From Pecten maximus (lineage: Eukaryota), in assembly GCF_902652985.1 (NCBI RefSeq), contig NC_047023.1, positions 15,376,001-15,440,000 of the forward strand: a DNA stretch of 64,000 bases, written 5' to 3'. The translations under genes were made by a program, and so were the position numbers. Below, in pieces: positions 27,167 through 40,274 of this stretch (positions are counted from its first letter, which is position 1; each line of letters opens with the position of its first letter). A model generated the notes under the pieces. The model searched no databases and was not told where the DNA came from. It saw nothing but the letters and a program-made list of their open reading frames with translations.

Positions 27167-27326
27167 CATTAATAATTCAACGTTTCTGTCTTTACGGTAT
27201 AAGTATATACAAACAGTATAATGCTCTTTATAAGATAAGCAAGAAAAATAGTTCACGCGTGTTCAGAATGTCTATCAGAATGCCGGTACTTATTGCCTTT
27301 TTTTCAATTAACAGAAACATACAATA

Positions 27327-27525
27327 CTGTAAATCACTTTGATTTGGCGAAAACATTATTTCGTGAACTTACATCTTCAGACATATTCACGAATACATGA
27401 TTGACCACCATCCAAAAGTGTTACTATAGTTTATTCGTACAGATAATCACGACAGATTTTAATTCGCTATTGACTCGCGTGTTAACGCAAAAATAAATCC
27501 CACGCGAAATGTAAGTGGTTTACAG
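27327..27525. mobile_element. Short Tc1/mariner-type MITE (same family as 43827-44728)
   Basis: TA|CTGTAAATCACTT ... AAGTGGTTTACAG|TA. Confidence 0.7.
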
Positions 27526-27744
27526 TACACTATTGATATTACGACATAACGGCTATAACGAAACAAAAATAAATTCCCTTACCACCTGCCTACTTTGTCT
27601 TTGTAGTTTATTACGTAATTTTAGATATGGGTAAAATGCATACTGTAGTGGACATGTTATGAAAAGGGAAGGCCGACAATTGAAACCAAATTCCCTGTTA
27701 TCAAAGTCGATAAATTAATCGCGAATACAAATAGCTTTCGGTAA

Positions 27745-28025
27745 AGGAGGAAGAAATGTGTCAACATATGATTGTAACCGTTATCAACAATGTGGTTTCG
27801 AAATGAATCAATATTGCTTGTCGTGTTTATCTAAATCTCGTTAATATTACATAGAAAAGAGCTACAAAGAGTTTACGTTATAGGAGGAAGAAGAGAGTCA
27901 ATCCATACTTGTAACTGTTACAGTGTGATTACTATACTGAAGTGGTTTCGAAATGAATCCGTATCGCATGTCTTGTTTATTTAGATCTTGTTAATTTCAT
28001 AAATAAAACGAGCTGTAACAAGAAA
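27745..28025. repeat. Diverged tandem duplication of about 135-145 bp
   Basis: GGAGGAAGAA...GTGGTTTCGAAATGAATC...TGTTTAT occurs twice. Confidence 0.6.
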
Positions 28026-29252
28026 AAACGTTTACTCGTTTCACTATTTGCAGTTGTTTTGAAGCCAAAAAAAAGAAATATTTTATTTTAGTTACGCACA
28101 AAACTGAAAAGTAAAGTTTTTTCTTCTCATCCAATTAAACCATTCGTATTTTTGGATTACTTGTAAGGATTTCAGTTTAATTCACGCTAACACTACGGTT
28201 ACATTTTGTGTAGCGGTCTCCAGTTAAATCTATTTTAATCTGGATGGTATTCACAGGACTATAGACACATTCTATATCACACGACAGTAACAATATGACG
28301 TCATTTTGGAGCCAAGATGACCTATGATATTTCAACATTGGCATGACGACTCCATTGATGACTTAGAACAATCATATAGATTACTATGATTTTCAAGTAA
28401 CTGTTTCGGCAAATATAACTATCATATTAGTTTCAGATTACATTGTATATGTATTACCAATATAAATACAATCTGGCAACCATTTGATGGTTTGGTAGAA
28501 GATTATATGAGTTAATGACGTAAAAAGCACATTGACATTGTAATGGAAAACTTAAAATCAAACTCGCTTAATGAATATTACACCAACAAAACTTATTACG
28601 ACAATCCCCGCAACACGTCTATATTTGTTTTATTATCATGAAACTTTAATTGCCTCAAAATAAAATATAATTTCCAAGCCGATTGGAAAATCAACAATAA
28701 AAACAAAATGATCACAATTCCTAAAACCTATGTAATATGTTTCATATCGGCATCATTCAAGGCATGGATTTAAAATTTACAGCCAGTTTATCACTAAGCT
28801 AAGGCAGAGGTTATAAATCAATGACCGACCTGAAAGATAGTTTGGTTGTGCCAGAACCTTGTGCTAGAGCTTGTCGTATAATGTATTGATCCAAAAGATC
28901 TCAGCATAATATATTTTGAAGCAGACAAAATGGCCGCTCATTCTAGTGGTTATTTTTCAAATGAATTTCTTCCTAACATGACGTTGTTAGTATGTTCAAT
29001 CAAGCATGGATTTAGTGCCTATTAATGTGTAAACCTGATTTCGATAAAGATGTAGGCAGATGCCTTTAAACTGCCCGAACACGAACCCCTTGAAGGACAA
29101 CATACCTGCCTACCTGGTAACTGGTATCGGCCTCCAGGGTCAGGAGCGGCCAGACATTCATAAGTTACAACCAATTGAAAAAGTGTGATAATGGAGATTT
29201 ATTTCATCTGTATCGGACCTTTTACGTAGGACAGGGATCACTGAACGTTATC

Positions 29253-29349
29253 ATGGTGTTTGCAAGGAAAATCAACCCCGAGGATGCCATCAACATTTAT
29301 CGTGTTCACATTCCGCACATACAGCCTGCACAGCTTCACTTATCACAAG
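29253..29349 (+). CDS. Candidate alternative first coding exon of the TPR gene (MVFARKINPEDAINIYRVHIPHIQPAQLHLSQ)
   Basis: ATG-initiated 97 nt ending AAG|GTAGTA in phase 1, which matches exon 30784. Confidence 0.4.
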
Positions 29350-30295
29350 GTAGTACAAAATAACCATGTTGGCGTGGTCTGTAAGGCATTACCAACACGT
29401 ATTTGATAACTTTGACGTTATTCATGTCATTCAAGGTTGTTGTAGAGAGTGAGTTATGTCTTTCGTTAAAGCCAGACAGTCGCCAGTCTCCTTAATATAT
29501 GCATGATTGGTCAAATGACTTTTTATTATTCATTAGTATTAAATAGTAATCAGCAAATCCGCGTTAAACACACATTTATCATATCAATAGAAACTTATAC
29601 CAATCAATGTTTTAACTTTTGCTACTTGATCATGTTATAAAACGATAGTTAAAGTTAAAAATCAATACCATCTATAAATAGCTGTATGATGTCATCAGAA
29701 AATATGTACACTTCGTATGAATGGTGTCCTAACTGGTTTACACATCGATAAACTATCTTGTTTTGTTATGCAAGGCTTCCAGAAGTAGAAATGCCTCTAA
29801 AAAGGACGCATCAGCCAACTGATGACGTCAGTAATAAATTGGTTCTGGATATATAATCGACGTCACTAGGACACTAGTCATGGTTTTTGCCGTACACTGG
29901 GGACAATGTTACAAGAATACCGGACCGATATTCGTGTAAACATACAACAATAACACAGTTCTTAATACCGAACATTTGTCCAGTTTTATATTTCATCAGT
30001 ATTCCAAATAAATCATATGCCCCATTCAAACTTAATACATGTAACCATTATTCGAATTTACAAATCAACAACTGTTTTGAAAACTGGGCAGTCTAGTATT
30101 TAGCCTTATGGTGCAACGTTTCATCTGTATTCGGCACACATGTATCTACTTCTTAATTTAAATCCCGCTAAAAAAATGTACTGTTTTGGCATACTGCATT
30201 AATAAATTCATATCAAAATTATATTCGTCTGTACCTTTTCATATCATTCCAACAAGAGCAAATCTGAACATAAATCAGTTTGACAAATACTATTA

Positions 30296-30510
30296 CAGTA
30301 AAACTCACTTGTGTCGAACACGCTTGAATCGAATACATTGGATGAGTCGAATCTTTCGTTCGGTCCCGATTTTTTCCCTTCTTTATCTTAGTAAATTAAA
30401 CACGGATGATTCAAACATTTTTGAAACGAATACTGCGAATACCTTCGAATATATTTTGTGGTCCCTCCCTTCTAAACTATACCAAAATTTCCATTTTTGT
30501 GTCGAACTTC
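30296..30510. mobile_element. pogo/Tigger-like MITE fragment
   Basis: TA|CAGTAAAACTCACTTGTGTCGAAC terminus. The partner TIR is not evident. Confidence 0.4.
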
Positions 30511-30783
30511 AAAGGCGTCATGCTTTCCTTAGGTCGCTTAGGCGTGGAAACAAAAAAGAACAAATGCTAAAGTACTACACATTTTTTTGTTCGTGACTAA
30601 CTATTGCCATGTGACTTTGGAAAATCCTATGTCCCTCTTGTTTTACAGGATATTCACATAAAATCTTAGAAATAGTTATTTAATTTTGTGAATATTCAAT
30701 ATTTTCCAGCTTGTTTTAAGAGTACAAACGTCATTTATCTTCATTTCCTATACATGTAATTTACTAAAAACTTATATTTTTAG

Positions 30784-33700
30784 ATGCCACAACACAAAGT
30801 CCATTCGCAATGTCTTCCACTCAGCTAATTTTACCCAAACTAAGCCTCATCAGCAAATCAGCTTCTTTCTCTGATTCAACAACTAACAACAAGTATGGAT
30901 ACAAGACCACTACATCGGATGAAGCAGAAACACCAGAGTCCGATGATGATTTGGTATGTTACGTTACTACAGAAATATAGTTTTTCATAGCATAGCCGTC
31001 CAAAATAAATTGTTCAACAAAAACATACCCTCAACACACACAAAGCTTACTTTCTTGACAATCTTAAATTTTGATAAAAAATGCTACTTGGAAGCAGCTT
31101 ACTTTCCTTGGACCTTTTCAAATGTTTCCACGCAAATCTAAATTTTTGTTCATATTTGCCATTGTTTTATCGATTTTGACTTATAATTACGGTTTCGTTA
31201 TTATATCGGTATTATTATTTTATTTATTTCGAGAGATGGTTTGGCCTTTTTAACGTCCTACCAATAGTTATGATCATTTAAGGACGGTCAGGTTTTTAAC
31301 GCCTTCTCAAATTATCTTTTGTAGATGTTCGACGAGAAGATGGATTCCGGGAGTTCTTCAAGCCTGTCCGACTCCCTCAATAATGCTCTTGAAATGCTGA
31401 ACAGTTCTAGGCTTGAAGACGCCGAGAAACAACTTCTAAAACTTTATCAACAGATGCAAGAAAAACCAGAGGACAATACTAAAATCTTAGTACAGGTCTT
31501 GAACGGACTCGCTGATGTTTGTATTCGACGAAGTAGAATGTGCAGGTCCAACCCGATGGAGTGGCAATGGCTTTGTATGCATGCGATATCCCTACTTCAG
31601 TACAATTGTGAAGTATGCGACTCCGAATTGGAGGAAAACCTTGACAATCAAGACACAGAATGGTACACAGAGCACAAACTAGCTGCAGAAATCAAATGTC
31701 GTCCATTAGAAGACAGCTTCAACAGAGCACTGTATAATTGTCTCAAACACGAGGGGAGAAAATTCATGGACCCCTTCCGGTCTTTTTCGTTCCCGAACAC
31801 TCCAAGTACACCATCTCTTGGAATGTTTCCGCTTTCATCGGGAAATTGCTTTAGTCTGTATCCAAGTATGCACGACCGATTAACAGGAAAAACCGACAAC
31901 CAAGCCAGCGTGGATGATATGAATGTTGGTCTGGATTGGCTTACAAAATTTTTAGAGTACTGTCACGACAGAATTCAATCCAAGAACTTAGGGGATATTT
32001 TCAATAGACTTTTCAAACGTAAAACTTCCTCTTCCCTTAAGGAAAATAATGATGATACTGCAAGTATTATGTCAGAAAGTTCGTGCAGTTCTCTGGACTG
32101 GGATCATGGTGATTTACAGGGAATCGATGAAATTGATCCTAATTCCAAAGATTCGCCTGTGCCAGTGGTAGATAACGCATTCGGTTTCGAACTGGCATCG
32201 AGTGACGTAGATGAAGATGGCTGGGATTTTTTTCTGAATGACAGGAAACACTGCAAGTTTCAGAGCGTCGTGCAAGTGTCTGGAAATAGTAAAGGGAGAA
32301 AGGAGAGTATACAGAACCAGAACCTGCTGGATGTGCGTGCTTCGGATAATAAGTACAAAGACAAGGAAATCATATCACCTCTTCATGAGCACAGTATAAA
32401 ACTTACGTTAGCCAAATCCTACACACGGCTTGCAGAGAAGCTTATGTTAGAGGAGGAGTATAGAAAAGTCGAGGTCTTGCTGGAGCAGGTCATGGGAATA
32501 TTAGATGAGGTCATGGATGGGACAGCTGGTATGTTACGTTTTAGTGCAAAAGTCATGAAAAACCTAGGAACTGTAAAATCAAAACAAGGGAAATCGTCCG
32601 CCGGTTTAGCCCTACTAAATCAGGCGCTAGAAACCTACCGTGATCTGCAAGATGAAGAATCCAATTTGGAAATAGCCACCGCCCTTCTAGAACTGGGCAA
32701 CGGCTATGTGGTGGGCAAAAACAATGACGATGGTGTTTATGACGATGCAATATCTGCCATTCGCGAGTTTTTCGAGAAAGACTTTTCTGATAGTGAAAGC
32801 TCAAATTCTAGTCCAAACAAATCTGAGCCTTCGTCTCCACAAAAGACAGCGGAAGAAGAAAAGAACATTGAAGAGGCCGCACATTGCTACAAGGAAGCTC
32901 TTTCCCTCCTTCAATGTCGGGAAAGTGACGAAAAGGACAGGATAGTGGTAGCTAAAGCTACCATGAGGTTAGGTGATTGCTATTTCATGCAGAAAGACTA
33001 TGATAGAGCGTTAGAATGCTTTGAAAAATCACTCACCTTGTTTCGTGACACCACAACTCACGGGAGAGAATTTGTTTTGGAAAATGCTCATGTGATGTGT
33101 ATGCTAGGTGTTTCAAGTTTTATGCTGCATATATATCCTAGGGCGGCTACAGTATTTGAACTAGCTCTTCATTTAGTCAAATATGCATCTGTTCTCAGCA
33201 GCACTTATATGCACGGACTTATCATATCATTTATGGGCATCACATTTTACAAAATGAAAAATTATCACAGATGTGTCTCCATGTGCTATCAAGCGTTTGA
33301 ACTTTTCTGCAATATGCACGGCAGCAAACTGCCTCATCTACCAAGGCAGAAGTTATGGATGGTCTGCCAAGTATTGTATGTCATGGGCAACTCGTACAAC
33401 ATTATCTCTCTTCACCAGAAAGCCATCAAATATCTTACGGTTGCACGGACATTGATGATGGCTGCCAAAATGAGGGACCGTAGACAATTCATGAGAGTTC
33501 TGCAGATTCTTGGCGATTGTCATTTTGCGCAATATGATTACAAAACTGCACTAAGCTACTACAACGAAGCCTTAGAGTATGGAGAATGTGAGAGTCAAAT
33601 CTCTTTTGATGAAGTGTTCGACCCAAACACAATGTCGGATGATATGACTATGCATAATCAGTTGATCAGCAAGTCTGCCGAGGCACACATCAGCATGCAG

Positions 33701-34579
33701 CAGTATCAAAACGCTGTACACTACTTGGAACAAGCTCATGACATGCAGGAAGTTATGGGAGAGGACATCAAAGGCGACCTAATCAGCACACTCTATCAAC
33801 TAGGTCACATTCATTCCATGGCTGGGGATGTGGACAAAGCCATAGAGTCGTTTGCAGAGAGCTTGGAGGTGTACAGAGAAATACACAAGGGTGAACTTGG
33901 ACCAGATATGTCTGTGACCTTAGGAAACCTTGCCACAATGTGTTACGTGAAAGCATGTGTATGTGAAGACAATGAAGGAGAGCTGGAAATGATACTGGCG
34001 GCAGAAGAGCATTTTCAAAATGCTCTCAAACTAGACCAGAACCCGAGTGTTTGTGTCAAGTATGGAAACTTCTTGTACAGTCAGGGGAATTACGACGATG
34101 CCATTATGTACTTGGAAGATGCTCTCAAGATTGAGGACATAGACATCGCGTCCGATCTCGTGTACGGAGGCCTTGACAAGGTCACCCTGCCAGACTGTTT
34201 ACAGGATGAAGTAGACACACAGGAGGAGGTGGTATTACCTCCGTCAGCTTTGGCAAGATACATTCTGATTCTCTCTCACAAATATCTGCACCAAATGGAT
34301 CTGGCAGAGAAACACCTCTTTCTCCTGCTGTATGAAGCTCTGGAAACTGACATTCCTATATTGTACTCAGTTTTAGGGTATTCTATGATGGAAATGGGTC
34401 TGTTTGAAGAAGCTATTTGGAGTTTTGGCATGGCAATTTCTCTGGAGAATGAATACTCGCTAGCAATAGACAACTACTGTACATGTTTATTGATCTGGAC
34501 AATGCGCACACTTCAGCGGGCGATTGAGAACATTTGCCTGTACCATGGATTATCTTGTTATGTGTATCTATACTGGTGA
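30784..34579 (+). CDS. Large tetratricopeptide-repeat protein, join(30784..30953,31325..34579) plus upstream first exon(s)
   Basis: Exon 30784-30953 (TTTTAG|..|GTATGT; phase 1 in, phase 0 out) splices in frame to the TTTTTGTAG acceptor at 31325. The 1084-codon terminal exon has many TPR motifs (LGDCYFMQKDYDRALECFEKSL; LGDCHFAQYDYKTALSYYNEAL; LGHIHSMAGDVDKAIESFAESL; YGNFLYSQGNYDDAIMYLEDAL). Confidence 0.9.
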
Positions 34580-37500
34580 TGTGCTCACAGTATTGATTTC
34601 CACGTGTTTACAAAGCTTTATCAGCTTATATCGCAACACAAACTATAAAACAATTGCCAGTCTCAGATGAGGTGTCAAAGTACAGACCTATTTATCACAG
34701 TACTAAATGTTTCTCATTTTTGAGTTTCATGACGTCATCACTTAAACGTAAAGGAATAATCAAATGCCAATATACTGCAATGGCATTTTCGTAACACAAA
34801 CAGTGTTGATAGATGAAACTCGATTGTCACAGCTTAAGTTTTTAAAATTAGACTTCAAATGCATGTTTTCCTGTTGTGAAACCTTTTGTCTCAAAAAGAT
34901 ATTATTTCCGTTTTAAGTTGTCAATGTTCAGGTTATCTAATGATATTTTGCATGAATAAGTTTTTCAAGAGCAATGATGAATCAGCTTGTAAAATAATCT
35001 ATATCAGGCAATTACATTCCTTTTTAAACCAACATCATTCCATATTTAATCCTCGAAATTTGAATTCCATGGATAATTCGCATATAAAAAATTATACTGC
35101 TCATTCCAGAAAATCCAGACACTGAAAATGACAAATGTCCTCGTTCATAAAATATTGTACTATTTAGAATTTATTTAGGAAAAATGTGGATAATTTAACT
35201 TTAAACATGAACACATTGGCACAAAAATATAGGTACAGATTATATGTAACATGATATCTCTCAATGTCAAGTCAAACTTGGGTAAAATATTTTTGGTAGT
35301 TCACAGGCTGGTTTGGGGTACATGTCAAAAAATTGAAATAAAAATATCTACAATAAGTACATTGTATGTATTAGAATTTTAACTTAGGCAATATGTGAAC
35401 TGCTTTGACACGCGCGTTTGCTGTCGTGTCAAAAATTGAAATAAAAAGAACTACATCAAGTATGTATTTGAATTTAACTAAGGCAATATGTGAACATAAA
35501 TTGTATTAAAACAGTTTTCATATGAAGTAGTGACATCTCTAATCAGAGACACATTTCCAGAACTTCACTAAAAGCAACTGGATAGTAAATAATCAATCAA
35601 CTGAATTTTGGTATAAATATTGTACAGGCTGTTGTTTAAGTTGTTCTATTCTATTTTTTTCCATTTTCGAGGATAGAACAACATTCCAAATGACAGGTAC
35701 CCTGAAAACATGAATTATAGAGAAGCTAAAATTTAAAAAAATTTCTGCCAAAAATACACATTTTTGCTGAAATATTTTGTGTAAACAGCAAAACTTCTGA
35801 ACTATCGAAAAATATAAACAGTGATTAACATGTTTTAGAACTGGTTAGTGAGTTTTTAAAACATGTGAGCCCAATAATCAATACAAATACATGAAATTAT
35901 CTTTTAATCATCATTTTTATCCTCCGGATATTACTGTGCAGCTGTTTACATATTTATAATACATTGTATATAGATTTAGCACTAGGTAGATATCAGTCAT
36001 TCTGATATATATGCATTATCTACTCATTAGGTAATAAGACTTCATTTTCATTCTTTAGATTTAGACTTACCACTTACTCTGTATTCATTCCACTTAAACC
36101 AGGCACTCAAAATAGCACCAATAGCGTTACAATAGTCAACATATCGAATGTCTGATTTAATGATGTCCTATATATGTTGTCCTGATTGGCCAGGGTTGTC
36201 CTGATTATTAACATTTTTGTCAAAGTTTTATTGATTTTTAACGGTAATCCTTTTATTTTGAACGTTTATGTATCCACTGCAGCAACATATGTACTACAAC
36301 AGCAATGAGGATTGCTATGGTCTGCTAAACTACACTACAGGCTCTGGAATTCTGACAGGCTGTCTTAATTCTTATGGTATCAGGCAACTGCTACTCAAAA
36401 ATTTGGAGTCTGGCCATTTTTAGCAGACTATGTCGACACCATCAAACATCTCACATGGTGGTGTCATGTGACTATGTCAAAACATCTGAGTTGTTATTGG
36501 CAATAACTATTGTCAAAGTGATTGAAAACTTGTCATTATTAGCTATGCCATTATATTGAGATGTGTCAGGAATGTTCCTATATTATATATCCCTAGATGT
36601 GTACACTCTGTAATAATTACCTATAACATGTATATTGATACAGATACACTCAGTCATGATTTTGTTGTAAACATACTGCTCTATTGAAATGCCAGTATTA
36701 TTTTGTTGATATTGTTTTTTATAATTGATATTTTTACATTAGTCACATGATTACCATGTTATTTAGTGAAGACATATTATATCATATATTTTGCAAATGA
36801 ACTAAAGTAATATTACCTATTAAGATGTCATATGATGATGAAAAAACATCAAGAATATATAATGTCTGCTAATGGATATAACAGAGTTAGACAATGTGAG
36901 AGGGTGAGTGTGTTTTCGTGATACATTTGTATTTGTAAAAAATGTCTAGTTAATGTGATAAAACGGAACATCAATTTATTTCCATTCCATATGAAATTGT
37001 TAAAATTCACCAAAAATTACATGTGGAATAGATATTGTCTTAATTAGTGAATATATTTTCATCAGTTTTGTGTATAAAATGTGTGATGTTGATTTATACA
37101 CCAAATTTATCATCAAGTTATAGTCTAAGAATTTTTCAATAGATATTCAGTCATTTTTCAGGTAGATGTGAAAATTTTTTCATCACTAAGATATTAACAG
37201 ATTTCTTATGCGTCTTGTTGATCTTGTTTTAGAACCCTGTAACACTGCCACCATTTGTCGAACAAAAGTTTTGAATTATGTTATTTATTTTGTTCCACAT
37301 CATGAATCTCTACTGCTTTTTAAAGATATTTAAATTTAAATTCAGGTAAAGCCAATTTTGTATCAAAAGTCAACTGCTTGGAGGACCAAAACCTTGTCTA
37401 TTAACACAGGTTCTGAGGTTAATGAAATAACATTGAAATACTTTTTACACAGTAAGTCCCTTAACAGAATGGTCATGTATTTGACAAATCGATAAAACTA

Positions 37501-38693
37501 CACACCAATGTAATCAACTGAAGACTCTGCTTTGAAAATACTGATTTATACAACATCAAAGCATAGAACATAAGTCATACTTTTATAAAAGATCAACAAT
37601 GGTTAATTTATTTTTTCTTTCTTTTAACTTTAACATATAATCATTATCATATATTTAATGAAAACATTTTTTCGTCTTGAGAGTATTTTGGGTCTACTTA
37701 TGGAAGAATAAATTGTTAACTTTAGGAACACCAATTGCAAGTTTTTACAGTAACAGAACCAATCAATATCTTTCCGTTGATGTCTTTTCTTTATCTGTGT
37801 AATAATTTTCAATAAAAATGTGAAACTTTTTTTTAAATCATTAAGCTTATCATACTCTAATGCACTTGGGTCCCCAATTAATCGTTTGGAGATGTATTAT
37901 GTAAATAATGCAGCTGTACATTTTTGCCATCTGTGATTGATTATTAATGTGATATTGATGTAAAATATGTATAGTTAATTTAATATAAATTTTATGCATC
38001 TTTTCAATAAGATAATTTGTAATTCACATTTCTACAATGTTTTGCTTTCTATATATATCCTTTCTACAATAGATTAAAGTCATAAAAATTGGTTCTTTAT
38101 TTAACACACAAATTATAAGCAATTTTAGCATAGTCAAACAAAAACAAAATATCACTGTTGTATGCCAAAATCATTCACAAAAAAATGTGTTAAAATTTCC
38201 TATTTTCCTTTTAATGCTATCAATTTTTCAAAGCATACAACAATTCTAAAGAGTAAGAAAACAGTACATTGTATATGTAAAAAGATGAGAAACAATGAAA
38301 AATTAACTAAAACTTATATTTGTGAATGAAAGAAGATACAATGCTGAAATGTCATATCTTAAAGTAAATATATACAACTTTAATGAAAAACCAATAATTA
38401 TTATCTTCACTTTGATGTTAGATACAAAACCAATTGATGTATAATATTGAAAAAGTATAAAGAATTTTATATATAACTATATTTCCTTTACAGGTTTTGT
38501 AAAGCAAAATAAGCATGCAATGTGTGTGATTCAGATTATCAAATAAGAGAATAAGAAGGTAGGATGAAATTTTACAGATAAACTGTATGTATAAAAGTCA
38601 ATAAAATAAAGAGTAACCATATAAAATGTGGCAGTTACATTGTTTATTTTATAGACACAATCATATACATGTAAATCAAATGTGGCAGTTCTA

Positions 38694-39219
38694 CGAGGGC
38701 TGATTGATAGGTTGTGAGCCTCATATTGAAGGAGGTACTCAAGGATGTTCTTTTTAAATCCTACTATTCTCTGACTATTAGGGCCGTGTACCCAAGGACT
38801 TGTCTCATTTGGTTAGTTTATATCGATGAGGTAGCACTTTAAAGTAAACGGCTTTGGAAAATGGACAAAATCGGTTAGGGTTAGTGTGAAAGAGTCGGCC
38901 ATTGCCATGGTTGCCATTCACGATTGTGGCCATAAATTAATTGAGCATCTGCCTTATTCACCTGATCTCTCTCCATCAGACTTTCATCTTTTTCCAAAAC
39001 TAAAAACAGCTATTTCCCGGCACCCTAACCCTAGCATGCAGTAGATGACTTTCTGAACAGCCAAGAAAAGGAGTTCTATAAATGTGGCATTGAGGCCCTT
39101 AAACACTGCTGGCAAAAGTGTATAGATACTGAAGGAGATTATGTTGAAAATTAATACAATATGTCTGGCAAAATTCAAATCCTTCAATATGAGGCTCACA
39201 ACTTATCAATCAGCCCTCA
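38694..39219 (+). mobile_element. Internally deleted mariner transposon
   Basis: About 40-bp TIRs (CGAGGGCTGATTGATAGGTTGTGAGCCTCATATTGAAGGA) and TA duplication. Transposase remnants HLPYSPDLSPSDFHLFPKLK and GIEALKHCWQKCIDTEGDYVE (YSPDLAPxD mariner motif). Confidence 0.9.
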
Positions 39220-39380
39220 TATGTAATTACATCATCATGTACACAAGTTCTCTTATATAGGATGTTGACAATAAGTTATCTTTATTGAATTCATATCTAA
39301 ATTTCATGGTAGTGGATCACGGATCAGATATAGTTTATTTATAACCGGCCTCTTTTCATTATCCTTTGACTGCACAGTGA

Positions 39381-40274
39381 AAACAAGAGACCCAGTGGGC
39401 ATTTATTGCTCTCCTGCTTCTAATGCAACTTTTAAATTTATCTAGGTCATCTATGCAGATGCTTTAAGCTTCTTACTACTTTATTCAAATATAAGCGTAG
39501 GCTAGGTTCATTCATTTGAATAAATTTAAATAAATTTTGAAGCCCTTCATACCAGCATACTGCTAGCCCAATATCAGGTTTGGGTCTATAGACTATTCTA
39601 AAGTCATTGTTTGAAGATTTTTCAACACCTGTCCCCCCGTCACTTCAAAAATAGGTCAAGGTCAATTCATTTGAACAAACTTGGTAGCACTTCAACCATA
39701 ACAGGCAAATTCTCAGGTCTCTGGGTATCTTGGTAGTCGAGAATAGAGTAGTTTAAGGACCTCAGCCTTTTCTTTTACATGTGACCGTGTTCAAGGTAAT
39801 TCATTTCACCCTTGGTTTGCAAAGATGCACTCCAGCATGCTACAGGTCTAATCTCTGACAGGTCTCTGGGCATCATGGTTATTGAGAAGAAGTTGTTCAA
39901 AGGAAAAATTGAAGCTAGACAACTGGAGAGATGACACACCGCAGTATATTTACATTTGCTCCGCCTGTCCCCATTGACACAATGCTAAGAGGCAGTTGCC
40001 ACCATACGCCTATAACACCCAGTGCCTTGAGCTCAGGCTATAACACCCAGTGGGTCATGTGACATTAAAAAAGGCGGGATTTTTTTTTGTTGGTTCAGTT
40101 TTTTTCAAAGTTGACGGAAATGGCAAGACAATGTAAATATAAGTATTGAACAGTGTAACGGGTTCCCATGCCATTTGCCCACCATACATCTTGCTGCCAT
40201 ATTGACTATAACAACATTAAAACCACTGTTCATTGCTTAAATAAGCTCACTTTCCCTTTGGGCAGGTGAGCTAA
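39381..40274 (-). mobile_element. Degenerate HINE-like element related to 1466-3287, reverse orientation
   Basis: AAACAAGAGACCCAGTGGGC at one end and AAGCTCACTTTCCCTTTGGGCAGGTGAGCTAA at the other. Internal units are similar to the reverse complement of the 145-bp repeat (GGTCAAGGTCAATTCATTTGAACAAACTTGGTAG). Confidence 0.7.

Noticed and set aside
25522-34473. Antisense and alternate-frame ORFs overlapping the 578-aa and 1084-aa ORFs
   Set aside because: Shadow ORFs of real coding sequence with no independent support.
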